Below are positions 52,390 through 52,609 of a stretch of 52,609 nt of DNA, piece by piece; within the stretch, counting starts at the first letter, position 1; each line of letters begins with the position of its first letter. This stretch comes from Girardia tigrina (lineage: Eukaryota). The notes beneath the pieces were generated by a model, which was not told the DNA's origin, made no database searches, and was given only the letters and a program-made list of their open reading frames with translations. Where the stretch lies: positions 9,723 through 62,331 of the forward strand of contig MQRK01248256.1 in NCBI GenBank assembly GCA_001938485.1, written 5' to 3'. A program made the translations under genes and the position numbers.

Positions 52390-52609
52390 CAGTCAACCCC
52401 CATTAATCCGAACCTCAATAATCCGGAAACTTCATAATCCGAAAAATAAAAAATATATCTGGCCAATTTTCAAAAGTTTTTAGCCAAAATTGATTCATTA
52501 AACCGAAACTTCATAATCCGCAATCGGAAAGCTCTTTTTAATAAAATTTTCGAAAGTCTCAAGTCAAATTTGATTCAATAATCCGAAATTATATCATCCA
52601 GAAATGGTT
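52390..52609 (+). mobile_element. Left end of a pogo/Tigger-like element (runs off the window)
   Basis: TA|CAGTCAACCCCCATTAATCCG followed by repeated (A)TAATCCG subterminal motifs. Confidence 0.55.

Overview
AT-rich, gapped draft-assembly DNA from a ciliated eukaryote, almost certainly an animal. The 41-51 nt GT-AG introns, divergent TRAF gene and dense mariner/gypsy content recall triclad flatworms, but that is only an inference. Four host genes lie on the minus strand. (1) A short ankyrin ORF (941-1501). (2) A 3-exon TRAF-like RING/coiled-coil/MATH gene (7098-11670). (3) A modular ankyrin gene the ORF track mostly misses (18185-33069): a myotrophin-like N-cap, twenty different exons of exactly 99 nt (one 33-aa repeat each, all phase 0, none with a stop) in five clusters, and a terminal exon, about 746 aa in total. 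(4) The 3' exons of axonemal dynein intermediate chain DNAI2 (45342-50441). The rest is largely nested transposon material: Tc1/mariner, hAT, piggyBac and pogo-type MITEs, MULE, Chapaev-like, Helitron-like, gypsy and RTE remnants. Top candidates for new biology are the DARPin-like one-repeat-per-exon cassette gene and a two-copy element whose shared flanks enclose a Gag-like ORF in one copy and a captured Hsp90 fragment in the other. All gene models were spliced by hand and have no expression support.
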